From contig NW_021834162.1 of NCBI RefSeq assembly GCF_006345805.1, forward strand, positions 1 through 51,448: a stretch of 51,448 bases of DNA, given 5' to 3'. Numbering within the stretch: the stretch's first letter is position 1; each line of letters begins with the position of its first letter. The DNA comes from Octopus sinensis (lineage: Eukaryota). Shown piece by piece: positions 1 through 13,120 of this stretch. Under the pieces are notes generated by a model. That model was not told where the DNA came from and did no database searches. It saw nothing but the letters and a program-made list of their open reading frames with translations. The translations under genes were made by a program, and so were the position numbers.

Positions 1-542
1 TAACGGGTAACCAAAAGGGTGAAATGAATAATTCTAAAAAGGAAAAAATTATATATTCAACCATTGATTAACAAAACTTAAAGTTAGTTCCTGTGGTGCA
101 ATTCTATTAACATTAAATAACTGAATTCAAGAAATAATTAAGTCTTAAAAAAACTCAAAGCTGTAGTTACAACTAACTGAACAAAAACTTATACACAATG
201 ACACATGGATTTGACATAAATATAACAAAAAAGCATGGAATAATTAGGATGGGTGGGAATGCGCGAACAAACACCGCTGGCAACTTTGAAAGTACAATTC
301 TGAAATTTTTTTCAAGGAATTTTCCTTTGAAGTATATGAAGTGGGGTACTTTCAGAGTTTGATTAGCGCAAAAGAAAAAAAAATTTTTAAATAAATAATC
401 AAATAATAAACAGATGCATGCATTTTCAAATTATATTAAAAATATAATGGAGTCATATGAAGAGGATTGTCATTGCAACTATCAAGAGACATATAAGAAA
501 TTTTAGTTACTTAACATGGAATATATATATATATATATAAAA

Positions 543-827
543 AACTTATAAACAAGGGCAAAAGAAAAAATTCTAATGCCAAATATGCCGAAAATAGACA
601 AATAGTCAATAACCATATAATTTATCACTATAAACACGTGTCTCAAAGTAGGCTGGCAGAAATTTCTAAAAAATTCTGTTGGAATTTTTTAGGAATATTT
701 TAGAAATTTGTGTTGGCTTACTTCGAGACACATGTTTATAGTGATAAATTATATGGTTATTGACAATTTGTCTATTTTCAGCATATTTGGCATTAGAATT
801 TTTTTCTTTTGCCCTTGTTTATAAGTT
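543..827. repeat. Long foldback palindrome (MITE-like), ~110-130 bp near-perfect arms
   Basis: aacttataaacaagggc...gtgtctc is mirrored by gagacac...gcccttgtttataagtt; TA-rich flanks. Confidence 0.85.
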
Positions 828-1610
828 GTATATAAATTTAACCATTAATGGTATTTTTTTAAATGCTGGCCATTGATAAAATTTTTTTCGAAAAATTGTA
901 TCCTATATTAGATGTTTATATATATATATATATATATCTGCTTGAGCATGTATGAGATGTTTTGGTACAGCTGTTTTGGACATTGCTGATTTGATGCAGA
1001 CTTAACATCAGGCATTTTGATGCCTTTTATTTCTCAGTTTAATGTTTCTCTCATTCTTTCACCCTTTCTTTCTCTCCCCTTCTCTCTCTTCCCTTCTCTC
1101 TTTTCTGTCTCTTTGTTTATGTAGGTGAGTATATTTCACTGTGTACAAGGAGAGGGAAGTTGTTTTAATAAACACTAATGTCTTTCTCACTCTTTCTATC
1201 TGTATGCGTATATTTCTGCATGCATGTGCGCACATGTGTGTGTATGTTTGCCTCTAGTGCCAAAAAGCACTGTTGCCAAAACAGGCTCAATATCCAGTTA
1301 ACCATGCCAAATCATCAGTATCCAACCAGCTGTGCTCACTTGTCTCATTCCAATATTTCTGCTGCTGTGTCTAACATGAAATGCAGATATGTGAATAGTT
1401 GATAAAATTTAAAGCGAATTTTCTTAACTTGTTGTCTGTTGATAGTAGCACAAACATAACAAGAAATAATAAAATCAGGGAATGAAAGCAATAAAAAAAA
1501 AGTCGGTTGGAAATCAGTTATATGTATTCTGTGAACCAGTATCTGCATAAAATTCATATTATCCTGCCAGACACACTGGAATTAATATATGCAAGTATTT
1601 GAAATGATTA

Positions 1611-2131
1611 CCGTAAATCCTCAAGTATAATCTGCATTTTTTCCCCAAAATTTAAAGGTCAAAACCTCTTGTGCGTACTATATACGAGGTTAAAAATGAA
1701 AAATATTTTCTAAGCAATGTCTGAATCTCTATTTGTTGTCCGGCAATGTTTATTCAGACACATTTTGTGATGTCAGGCACGAAAATACCTTAAGCTAAGC
1801 CTGAAAGCAATGAAGTCATAAAAGAATCATCCATAACTTGCAGTAAGCAACATTTATTAAACGTTATTATTGTTATTACTGTTATTTATTTATTTTCTGC
1901 AAACAAAATGCACAAAAAAGCTACACATTTGCATTATGTTATATATACAATAATAATAAAGGACGTTACCGTATACATTTTTACAAACCAAGGACGTTAT
2001 ATAGACCTCCTTGACTCAAGTTAGAGGAGGGGTGCGTATTATACACAAGGTTTAGGTTTTTCAGAGGTACAGCCCCTTAAAAATCCCCTGCGTATTATAC
2101 TCAAGGGCAGACTATACTCGAGGATTTACGG
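1611..2131. mobile_element. Non-autonomous Tc1/mariner-superfamily (pogo/Tc2-type) MITE
   Basis: TIRs CCGTAAATCCTCAAGTATA / TATACTCGAGGATTTACGG flanked by TA duplications; no transposase seen. Confidence 0.8.
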
Positions 2132-2559
2132 TAGTTGATTATTTCTGTGTAGTCGATCTCTGCTTCTACTGTAGGTAAATGTAAATTATTGTTGTCAGTC
2201 TTTTTTCTCCCTTTCTACAACAATATGTATGATTTTAAAGAAAAAATAATCCCCATAAAACTGAAAATGGAATTAGCTTGTATTTATGTAAGAAGTTTAA
2301 TTAATATAAAAATATCATCAGACAACAGCTGGAATTTTACACAGTATTCCATAATGAGAGTGTATTAAATAATATTAATTATGATTTAATTTTAAGTTGT
2401 TGCTCAAATGTATTTTGTTTATGGAACTATATGTGTTGAAGGATGCAAACATTTTAAATGAACTGACATGTTTTCCAAAAATTATGATAATTTTCTTTTA
2501 ATATGTAAAAACCCTATTTGAATTTAAGTACTTGCTTAGAAATAATTAGGTTTACTTAC

Positions 2560-2575
2560 CCTTGGGAGCAGCTTT
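2560..2575 (-). CDS. 16-nt microexon AAAGCTGCTCCCAAGG (K-A-A-P-K)
   Basis: ctttttactaatttccAG acceptor with branch-point-like CTAAT, GTAAGT donor; phase 0 matches the preceding exon. Confidence 0.78.
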
Positions 2576-3746
2576 CTGGAAATTAGTAAAAAGATGAACT
2601 GACATTAGATTGGAGCATAAAATTTATAAACACTAATATAAGCTTTCAAAGCAAGCTCAAAGAGAAAATGATATACAAAACTGACATTACACAATTGTGT
2701 TGTCTTAAAGCAATCATCATTAATAAGATGTAAAGGTACAAATATACATACATACAAACATACATAATATATATATACACACACACACATACATACATAT
2801 ATATATACATACATACATACATATATGCATATTCATATACATACATACATACACACATACATACGTACATACATAGATATAAAACTGAACAATGACATAT
2901 ATATATATATACAATATTTCCTTGACTGAGTACATGGCAGGTGAACCACAAAATGATGAGGGATTACTATATATATATATATATATATATAATGGTGTTT
3001 TTTTATATAAGCTTAAAGCTTATGGTGATTACCATGCAGTGATTAAGGAAAATGGTCTAATATAGGGGCATATAAGCCCTCAACAGAAAAAAGAAGGCTT
3101 TCCTATCCTCATGAGAGTCGAACTCACACCCCTTTGTTAACGTGACCAAGTGTGTGTTACTTTTATATGCCTCTTTTTTTAGACTATTTCCCTTAGTCAT
3201 TGCATGGTGATCACCATAAGCTTTAAGCTTATATAAAAAAATACCATTACTGTTAGTTACAGGATTGTACATCATGGCACCGTAATTAAAAACCATTTGC
3301 ACCAAAAGCATATATTATAATAATAATAATATTAGGGAGTATAACTCCAAACTTACAGGGAAAAATTCAATTTAGTATTAAATCAAATCTCACAATATAA
3401 ATAAATAATATATATAAATTAGCGAAAAACCACTATTATGTAATTCAAACAATGATAGACATAAACCATATCATATAGAAAAAATAAGATATACGATAAA
3501 ACATTTATCTAGATCACAAAAAGTACATAAAAATAAAAAAAAGGTATATAAGTTAAATTTGATTGTAATTCGAATTGAAGTTATAGCCATGAAACATGTG
3601 TGGTCTTTTAACTTATTACATACTGTTTATTTATTATTATGTACTTTTTGTGATTTAGATAAATGTTTTATCATATATTTTATTTTTTCATTTATGTTTT
3701 ATGCCTATCATTGTTTTAATTACATAAGAGTGTTTTTTTCTCTAAT

Positions 3747-3781
<35 letters not shown>

Positions 3782-6700
3782 TGCACTTACACACACATAC
3801 ATATACATACATACATACATACATACATACATACATACATACATACATACATACATAATATACTCATTTGTGTAGATGTGTATATATGTGTGAGTATATG
3901 CACATGCCTTTACAAATGTAAATAATTAACAAATTTACATACTTCTTTCTTCTTTTTCTCTTCTTCCTCTTTCTTCTTTTTCTCTTCCTCTTCCTTCTTC
4001 TTTTTCTCTTCGTCTTCCTTTTTCTTTTTGTCTTCCTCTTCCTTCTTCTTTTTCTCTTCCTCTTCCTTCTTTTTCTCTTCTTCCTCTTTCTTCTTTTTCT
4101 CCTCATCCTCTTTCTTCTTCTTGTCATCAACCTCCTTCTTCTTTTTATCCTCTTCTGCCTTCTTCTTTTCCTCTTCTTGCTTTTTCAATTCCAATTTCTT
4201 TTTCTCCTCCTCCTTTTTCTTGTCATCTTCTTTCTTTTTCTTTTCTTTCTCTTCCATCTCTAATTTGTCTCTTTCCTCTTGCTTCTTTCTCTCCTCTTCC
4301 TTTCGTTGCATCTCTTCTTCCTTCTGCTTCTTCTTCTCGTCCTCTGTAATAAATAGATGACATATTTTAGAATGCCATATACAAGAACTTCAAATGTAAC
4401 GTACTCTTTTACTCTTTTTACCTGTTTCAGCCATTTGACTGTGGCCTTGCTGGAGCACTGCCTTTAGTCGAACAAATCGACCCCAGGACTTATTCTTTGT
4501 AAACCATATACTTACTCTATCAGTCTCTTTTGCCGAACTGCTAGTTACAGGAACATAAACACACCAACATCGGTTGTTAAGTGATGGTGGAGGTACAAAC
4601 ACAGACACACAAACATACACATACACAATCACACACACATACACACACGCACATATAGATATAGATATATGTAATGGGCTTCTTTCAGTTTCTGTCTACC
4701 AAATCCACTCACAAGGCTTTGGTCACCCCAGGCTAAGTAGAACACACTTGCCCAAGGTGCCATGCAGTGGGACTGAACCCAGAACCATATGGTTGGGAAG
4801 CAAGCTTCTTACCACAAAACTATTAGAATTGTCAGTCAAAATTCTATGCAGGCTATTATATTCAATATCAACAGTGGGGCCCCTACAACATATACTGAGG
4901 CAGAAGGTTGGGTTAAATCAATGGATTTTATCTCCATAGAATAACCTTGCACTTTAACAATAAATAGGGCTTTTGGTTTGTTTTATTTTCTTTTTCTTAG
5001 TTAAATGATTTGCTTACCTTTAACAATCATATTTGCAGATCCTTTTTCAGATCCAACAGGATTCTTCAATTCAACTGTGTACACGCCAGCGTCTTTTGGT
5101 GTTACTTTGGACATATAGAATCGAGCAGTACCTCTTTCATAAGAAATATTTGCAGCTGAGGAACTTTTGATTTCTTTATCATTAAAATACCATATGGTGG
5201 TAATTGGTTCAGTTCCTGCAACTTTAAGTGTAATATCCATAGGCTCTCCTATATTGAATGTCTGTAATGAGAACAAATGAAAATAATGTAGAGATACTTT
5301 ACATAACCTTATTGTAATACATTCTCTGATTTCATCTGTCTGCACAATCTGAGTTCAGATTTTGCCAAGGTGATTTTTGCCTTTCATCCATTTGAGGTTG
5401 ATAAAATTAGTACTTACTGATCATAAGGGCCGATGTAATTGATTTACCCCATCCCCAAAATTGCTGGCCTTCTACCAAAATTTGAAACCAGTATATTCTC
5501 TAAGTGGAGGCACAATGATCCAGTGGTTAGGGCAGTAGACTCGCGGTCGTAGGACCGCAGTTTTGATTCCTAGACTGGGCATTGTGAGTGTTTATTGAGC
5601 GAAAACACTGGAACCTCGTGGAGCTAAAGCCCCACGAGGCTCCAGCAGGAGGTGGTGGTGGACCCTGCTATATTCTTTCACCACAACTTTTTCTCACTCT
5701 TTCTCCCTGTTTCTGTTGTACCTGTATTTCAAAGGGCCAGCCTTGTCACACTGTGTCATGCTGAATCTCCTTGAGAACTACGTTAAGGGTACACATGTCT
5801 GTGGAGTGCTCAGCCACTTGTACATTAATAAGTGAGCTGTGACATCACTGGTGCCAAGCTGTATCGGCCCCTTTGCCTTTCCCTTGGATAACATCGGTGG
5901 CATGGAGAGAGAAGACTGGTATGCGTGGGCGACTGCTGGTCTTCCATAAACAACCTTGCCCAGACTTGTGCCTCAGAGGGTAACTTTCTAGGTGCAATCC
6001 CATGGTCATTCATGACTGAAGGGGGTCACAACAAAATATTCTCTTAATTTCATTCAGGAAAAAGGTACATCTTGTAATTGAAAACAATACTATTTCATAA
6101 AGTTGGCTTCTGCATTAGATTATCTATTAAGGTACTTTGTTTAATGCTTTTTCTAAAACAGAAAGTAATGAAGACTTTGGTAAGTAATACATATTTCCAT
6201 CAATACTAAACATTAGTTGTTTAGTACTCTTTATCACTGTGCATAGAAAGCTTTCATGAAGCCAACACTGACTATACAACAGCATTTGTATGCACAGGCC
6301 TGGGCAAACTCTTTTGAGGAAGTTTTGTAGTAGCTCGAGCATGCAAATTTCCCTTTTCCATGCCCTTGTTGTTTATGCAAGGGAAGGGCCATCAACTTGA
6401 GCCAATACACTCCACCCTGATGTCGTCACAAGTGTTGTTGTGAGAATGCAAAGAGCCAGAACTGATATGACAAAGTTTCAAGTAGCAAACTCCGATAGTG
6501 CCACCGATCCAGACTGCTTTGGTACTTTATTTCTCAGCCATGAAAAGATAGAAGGCAAAGTTGCTGATCTCAGACTACAGAGTCAGAACAGACATTACAA
6601 GACATTCAATCCAATGCTGTAATGGATTTGACAATAAACTGGTTCTTATTTTATCAATCCTGAAAGGATGAAAGGTAAAGTCGACTTTGGCAGAATCTGA

Positions 6701-9700
6701 ATTCAGAAAATAATGATGGACAGAATCCAACTCAGCATTTTGCCTGGCATGTTAACGATTCTGCAAGCTTGCCACCTTAAAATACGTTTAACGCTAAAAC
6801 ATTTTCCATCTTTGGAAATGAAGAGGTTAGCTCCTCCCATAAAAGAAAGTACCATAAATTTTAGTTATATTCAAATCAATATCTTGTCTTACCTTTGATG
6901 TTAGTTTTGTGATGAATTTTGGAGGGTCGCCCTTCACTTTGGGAGGGATCAGTTCTGAAAAGATTAATAAGATAGTTATTAATTGAAATATGATACTAAT
7001 TAAATTAATAATTCTAATATTTGTAATATCAATCCAAAATTTTTATGACAAGAGAAATACATACGTGTTGATGACAATTTCATTAGCTGAACACCTTCAC
7101 CAAATGGTGTTTGAATTACACATTTGTAAGGACCAGCATCTTTGGTGGTGACCTGAAGGTAAAAGAAGTTTGAAAATATATTGAAGCTTTTGAATTTGTT
7201 TTTTTTTTAATATCACTCAAGTGTTTAAGAATTCTTGACAAATTTTACTTAAAGTGTTTTGCTCAAGAACACAACGCGTCGCCCGGTCCAGGAATCGAAA
7301 CCACAATCTTACGATCATGATGCTGACACCCTAACCACTAAGCCACGCACCTTCATGAGAAAAGGGATAGCATTTGTAATTTCAAAAGATCTGCCCTGTA
7401 TTACATTGAATTACACTGATTCAGTCATAGGATTACATTAAAGATTACAAGGGGCTGTGGAATACTCAGCCAGTATGATATAAAAAGAAAGTAGTTCCAT
7501 TGATAGAACAACACTCAGCATTGAAGCCAGTGAAGGATCATCCAGGCTCTTTCATTATAAAACATATTTAGCATTCCAATGACAAAGGGTTACAAAGGCA
7601 GTTTATATTCAGGAGAATTCCCAGTCCAAAAACATTATGCAAGATATTAATAATTTGATTTTTAAATTCATCTTGTTGGTCTAAAAATATTATAATGATA
7701 TCTAACAGCAGTTGGATCTTTTGAGATAAGTTGCACTTCCTTGTTAGACATATATAATTCTATTTTATTAGCCTATTTTGGCAGAATCATGAGAGCCAGA
7801 TTGTAACTCAATTCTCAAAAAATATATATATATATATTTTAATGCTGTCATTCTTCCACTAAAGAAAGCAAATGTACAGAGTTACTTCCCTTGGAAAATA
7901 TATTTTAATTTTATGTGTGTGCACTTATCTATATATTGGGATATACCAACAGATGGTTCTTACACCATTCAGCATATAGTCATAGAATGTGATTTAGCTT
8001 GCATCAAGCCTTGTTTGGGTACACATTATTGATAGGTCACAAAAATGATGAAACATCTGTGACCATCACTCCTGAATGGGATCTTATGTGAGTTGCCTTG
8101 CTTGTCTATGATTTCCAGGCATTTCAACATCAGGCACATTGATGATAGTATATTCTTTTATGCCTATGAGCACAGCCTACCCATGAACTAGAAAACCACA
8201 CACTTAGTGTATGTGTGTTTCACATCTTTTATATATATAAAGCTGAAGTTGTCTGTGTATGGCAGGTTTGGTAGCCTTCAACTAACACTATCTCCACCGA
8301 GACCCTGTGGCGCAAGTTGACCAAAATTGAGAGTATGATAGAAGAAGGCTTGCTCTTCATTCCGTAGAAGATAAAATTCAAATCAAACCATGTTAACACC
8401 AAAAATTATTTACATCAAAAAGGTGCCTTTTTTTTCTATGAAGATACCTATTTTTTAACGATCTTTTGACTGCTGTGTCGCCATTTTTCGGTGTATTTCA
8501 ATCAGAAAAATGTTCACTTATAGAGAATAACAAGCTACATAATGCAAACTTTTTACTTTTCAAAAATTCCAATTCTAAAAGGTCGAAACAAACCCAAGCA
8601 ACGCCGGGTCATACTGCTAAGTATATATATATTTGTAACTGATATAAAAAGTTATTAAATATTTTCTAATTACCTCATCCATTTGCATGCTAGCATAGTA
8701 ACTTGAATCTTTCTGTGACACATCCATCTTGTATCTCCCACCACTTTTCAAAGGATTGTTTCCAAAAAACCATTGGGCAGTTGGCTTCTCCTTGCTATCA
8801 ACTTTCTGTTCAAATGTTACTCGCTTTTTATCCAGTTCAATTTTAGTTGTGGCTTTATCTGTTAACGTTATTGTCTTTTTCTCTTTATCTTTTTCTGCAT
8901 CTTTCTCTGCATCTTTGTCCTTTTGTTGGCTGCCAAAGAATTAAATAGAATTGAAGAATATTATATTTTGTTTTTGGATTTGGTTTGCAAGATTCTTTAT
9001 ATGAGTTCGTGTGTTGAAGCATATGCTGTTGTGTCTGGGGAGAGTAATTTTGTTCTTGTGTCTTATAATTTAGGAGGAAGCACTCCGTCGGTTATGACGA
9101 TGAGGGTTCCGTTTGATCCGAATCAACGGAACAGCCTGCTCGTGAAATTAACGTGTAAGTGGCTGAGCACTCCACAGACACGTGCACCCTTAACGTAGTT
9201 CTCAGGGATATTCAGCGTGACACAGAGAGTGACAAGGCCGGCCCCTTGAAATACAGGTACAACAGAAACAGGAAGTAACAGTGGAGTGAGAGAAAGTTGA
9301 GGTGAAAGAATACAACAGGGGTCGCCACCACCCCCTGCTGGAGCCTCGTGGAGCTTTAGGTGTTTTTGCTCAATAAACACACACAACGCCCGGTCTGGGA
9401 ATCGAAACTGTGGTCCTCCGACTGCGAGTCCGCTGCCATAACCACTGGGCCATTGCGCCTCCACCTTATAATTTAACACACTCACTGATAAAATTTCCAC
9501 TTATTTTTATTTTCCTAAAATTTCCGTTTTATCTTGCAACCTTTTCAATAGTCTTGTTTTAAATTATAAGGCACAAAAAGAAAATTACTCTCTCAAGACA
9601 CAACAGAAGAATATATTATATTTCCTAATTATCAAGTGCATCATTTTTAAAACACCTTTGACAATGTTGAAGTTTTGGCATGGCTATGTGGTAAGAAGCT

Positions 9701-9851
9701 TGCTTCCCAGCCACATGGTTCTGGGTTCAGTGCCACAGCATGGCACCTTGAGCAAATGTCTTCTACTGTAGCCTCAAGCCAACCAAAGCCTTGTGAGTAG
9801 ATTTGATAGATGGAACCCGAAAAAAGCCATTGTATACATATACACACACAC

Positions 9852-9905
<54 letters not shown>

Positions 9906-11551
9906 GCTTATGTGTGTGCGTCTTTGTATCTGTGTTTGTCCTCCACCAGCACTTGACAACCAGTGTTGGTGTGTTTGCATCCCCATAGCTTAGCAGCTCA
10001 GCAAAAGATATTGTTAGAATAAGTACTAAGCTTTAAAAAATTAAATACTGTGAAAAAATTCTTCAGGGTGGTGCCCCAGCATGGCTGCTGTCTAATGATT
10101 GAAACAATTAAAAGATAAAAGATTGCTTTCAATCATCTTTATTATTCAAAAATTCAAGTATCTTCACCTTTAATTGATTTATTCTCTTTTGGGAAAGCTT
10201 TTTTATATATATCAGAAAATATAGCATTTGCTATTCTAATATAAGAGCGACCAGCTCTTATATTAGCCATAAATGACAGCTCAGTATATGTAGCTGATGC
10301 AGTGCAATGACACAGAAATACATGCATCCTATGGTATGGTTACATCATTCATGGCCTAGTGGTGTTTACACTTATATTGTCTATAAGGAGAATTTCTCTT
10401 GAGATACCTTGTACAGCGTATTGTCTTTCCATGTTTGAATGTACATCAACATATTAACCCTTTCGTTACCAACCCGGCTGAAACTGGCTCTGGCTCTGTA
10501 GTACAAATGTCTTGTTTTCATAAGATTTGAATTAAAATCTTCCACCAAACCTTAGTCACAATTTATATTCCTAACACTAGCCTAATGATAACTAAGTTAT
10601 TTTATTAAGTTCTTTGTTATATTTAAAGTAATTGAAAGAAACACAGAGCACCTCAAAATAAATACCGTAACGAAGGGGTTAAATAAGACTGTACATACTA
10701 TCACACTGTTGTTGCTTACATTTCTTGAGGAATTTGAATTTGCAATGTAAAGACAGTCAAAATGCAGTTAAGCATTTTGCCTGGCGTGTCAACAATTCTG
10801 CCAGCTCGCTGCCCACTCTGGGGTAATATTAAAATCAACTTCAACTGGAAATGTCTTCAAACGAAAATCCTTCAACAAAATAAACATCATTTAAGTAAAA
10901 TAAAACTTAGCAACATGCACTTACGCATCTAAGTTGAGAGTGATGTTTGCAGTGCCCTCTCCATGTGCATTTTTAGCGACCACCTTGTACACACCCGCAT
11001 CATCTTTAGTGAAATTCTAAAACATAGAATAAAACAAAGGTAATTAGTTAAATTTAAATAGCCCTTCAGAAAATGAGAAATTTTTGTTTGACCCTTTGTC
11101 TGTCCAAAGCATTTTCATGAATTTATCCCAAACATCCATGCTTGGTTTCAAACTTTTAGCTATTGGAGGTTAATTTGGTTTAGTTGGTGGGTAATATGTA
11201 TTGGTACTCTATTAGTAGGTGTATGATATATATACATGTGTATATATATATATATATATATCAATATATCACTGTGATCCTCGTGACCGACTAGGCTGTC
11301 AGATGTTGCTACACATCGCTGGTCACAATGCGCTTTGCATTGTTTTAGCCTTCAAATGATGCCACCCCGCTGGCTAAGCGAGCAGGCCAACAGAAGAAAG
11401 AATGAGAGGAAGTTGTGGTGAAAGAGTACAGCAGGGATCGCCACCACCCCCTGCTGGAGCTTCGTGGTGCTTTAGGTGTTTACGCTCAATAAACACTCAC
11501 AACGCCTGGTCTAGGAAGTCCGCTGCCCTAACTACTGGGCCATTGTGCCTC

Positions 11552-11600
<49 letters not shown>

Positions 11601-13016
11601 ATTCTTTTGAGATCTTGGATTATCAGCCAAGTGTTCTGCACATCACATATGATGTACTATTATATATTCATTACTCCTTGTTCTGAGCAATATAAACCTT
11701 TCTTTTCATAAATCCCTTGTTATTCTGGTTGTTGTGAAAAATTGAGAATGTGTATCATATACGATGCACGGATACCAGGAAAATAAGTCCTTTATGACCT
11801 GTCATGTAGCAGTTTAATTAACAGTTTGATTTAACTAACAGAAATTGCTTAAAAAAATATCAGACTAAACTAAGAGCTGGAAACAATATGATTGTAGATA
11901 GTGCTCTGACAGTCACATTCCAGTAATTGAAACTAGTAAAAAATGTGCTTAAATCATTTGATGCTAATAAGTTAGCTGGATTACAATTCACTTAGTTACA
12001 CAGTTAACCATGATTTGTAATTCTATACAAAATGTTAAATGAGAAAAATTAGAGCAGAAATTCGTTCTCTTACCAATATATCCAACATAAAGGTATATTT
12101 ATCTTTATCTTGGGTTGTTTTCAATTTCAATCTGTTGTTTTCTTTCAAAAGGGTGCTGCCTTTATACCAAGTAATTGTGGGTTTTGGATCAGCTATGCAA
12201 CTACACTCCATGTGGATATTTTTCCCTGATGCATCTTGTGCTATTTTAGGTTTTTCTGTGAAATTTGGTGCTTTGCCAGCAGGCTCAGTTTTTTCTGTAT
12301 CTGAAAATATATTAAAGTTTTATTTTTAAAATGTCTTTAAGAGTTGACTATCTCATCACTGCTCACTAAAGCAGAAAATGTATTGAAGTGTAGAGTTTGC
12401 TTTTTCTGAGAAGGTCTAATAATATAGAAACAAGCCAGTACTTGCTTGAATAATTAAAATAATATTAGTCAATGACTAATATAGTCATTTCTTCACTGCA
12501 TTATCATTTCTAAACAGAATTTTACTTCTCATTTCATTGACTATATCAAATACTAACTTAAACATTGCATTAGAAAATTTAAGGAAATTTCCTTAAACTT
12601 AATGTATATTATTAACATATATTATTTCAAGTGATAATTCACAGTGGGATTTAAAATCTTAGGAATTCAAAATGTAATTTTATAAAACAGCATATGGTAG
12701 GATAGAGCCTACATAATCTAACATAATAATCTGTATGAAATCAACATTTCATATCTAATCAGTGGCTCTGCATTTTGTCCTTAGCTCAGCTGTAATTTTC
12801 AACAAAGAGGTTCAGATGGATGTAAGTAAGGTCTTGTGGTAGTATAATTACCTGCTGTAGGTAGTACAGTAGTGCAAAGTTGACACACTCGATACCTTTA
12901 TGAGTTGAATAACTCATTAATTAAATGAATAACAATGTGATTATATATGAAAAGCTTTGTAGAAAAGAATGGTTATTTCTTGTAATATGAAACAGTTTCT
13001 TTCAAATTAACAACCT

Positions 13017-13053
<37 letters not shown>

Positions 13054-13084
13054 ACATACGCACGCATGTACATATGTACATATG

Positions 13085-13120
<36 letters not shown>

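Noticed and set aside
4028-4360. Plus-strand S/F-rich ORF
   Set aside because: Antisense shadow of the E/K exon.
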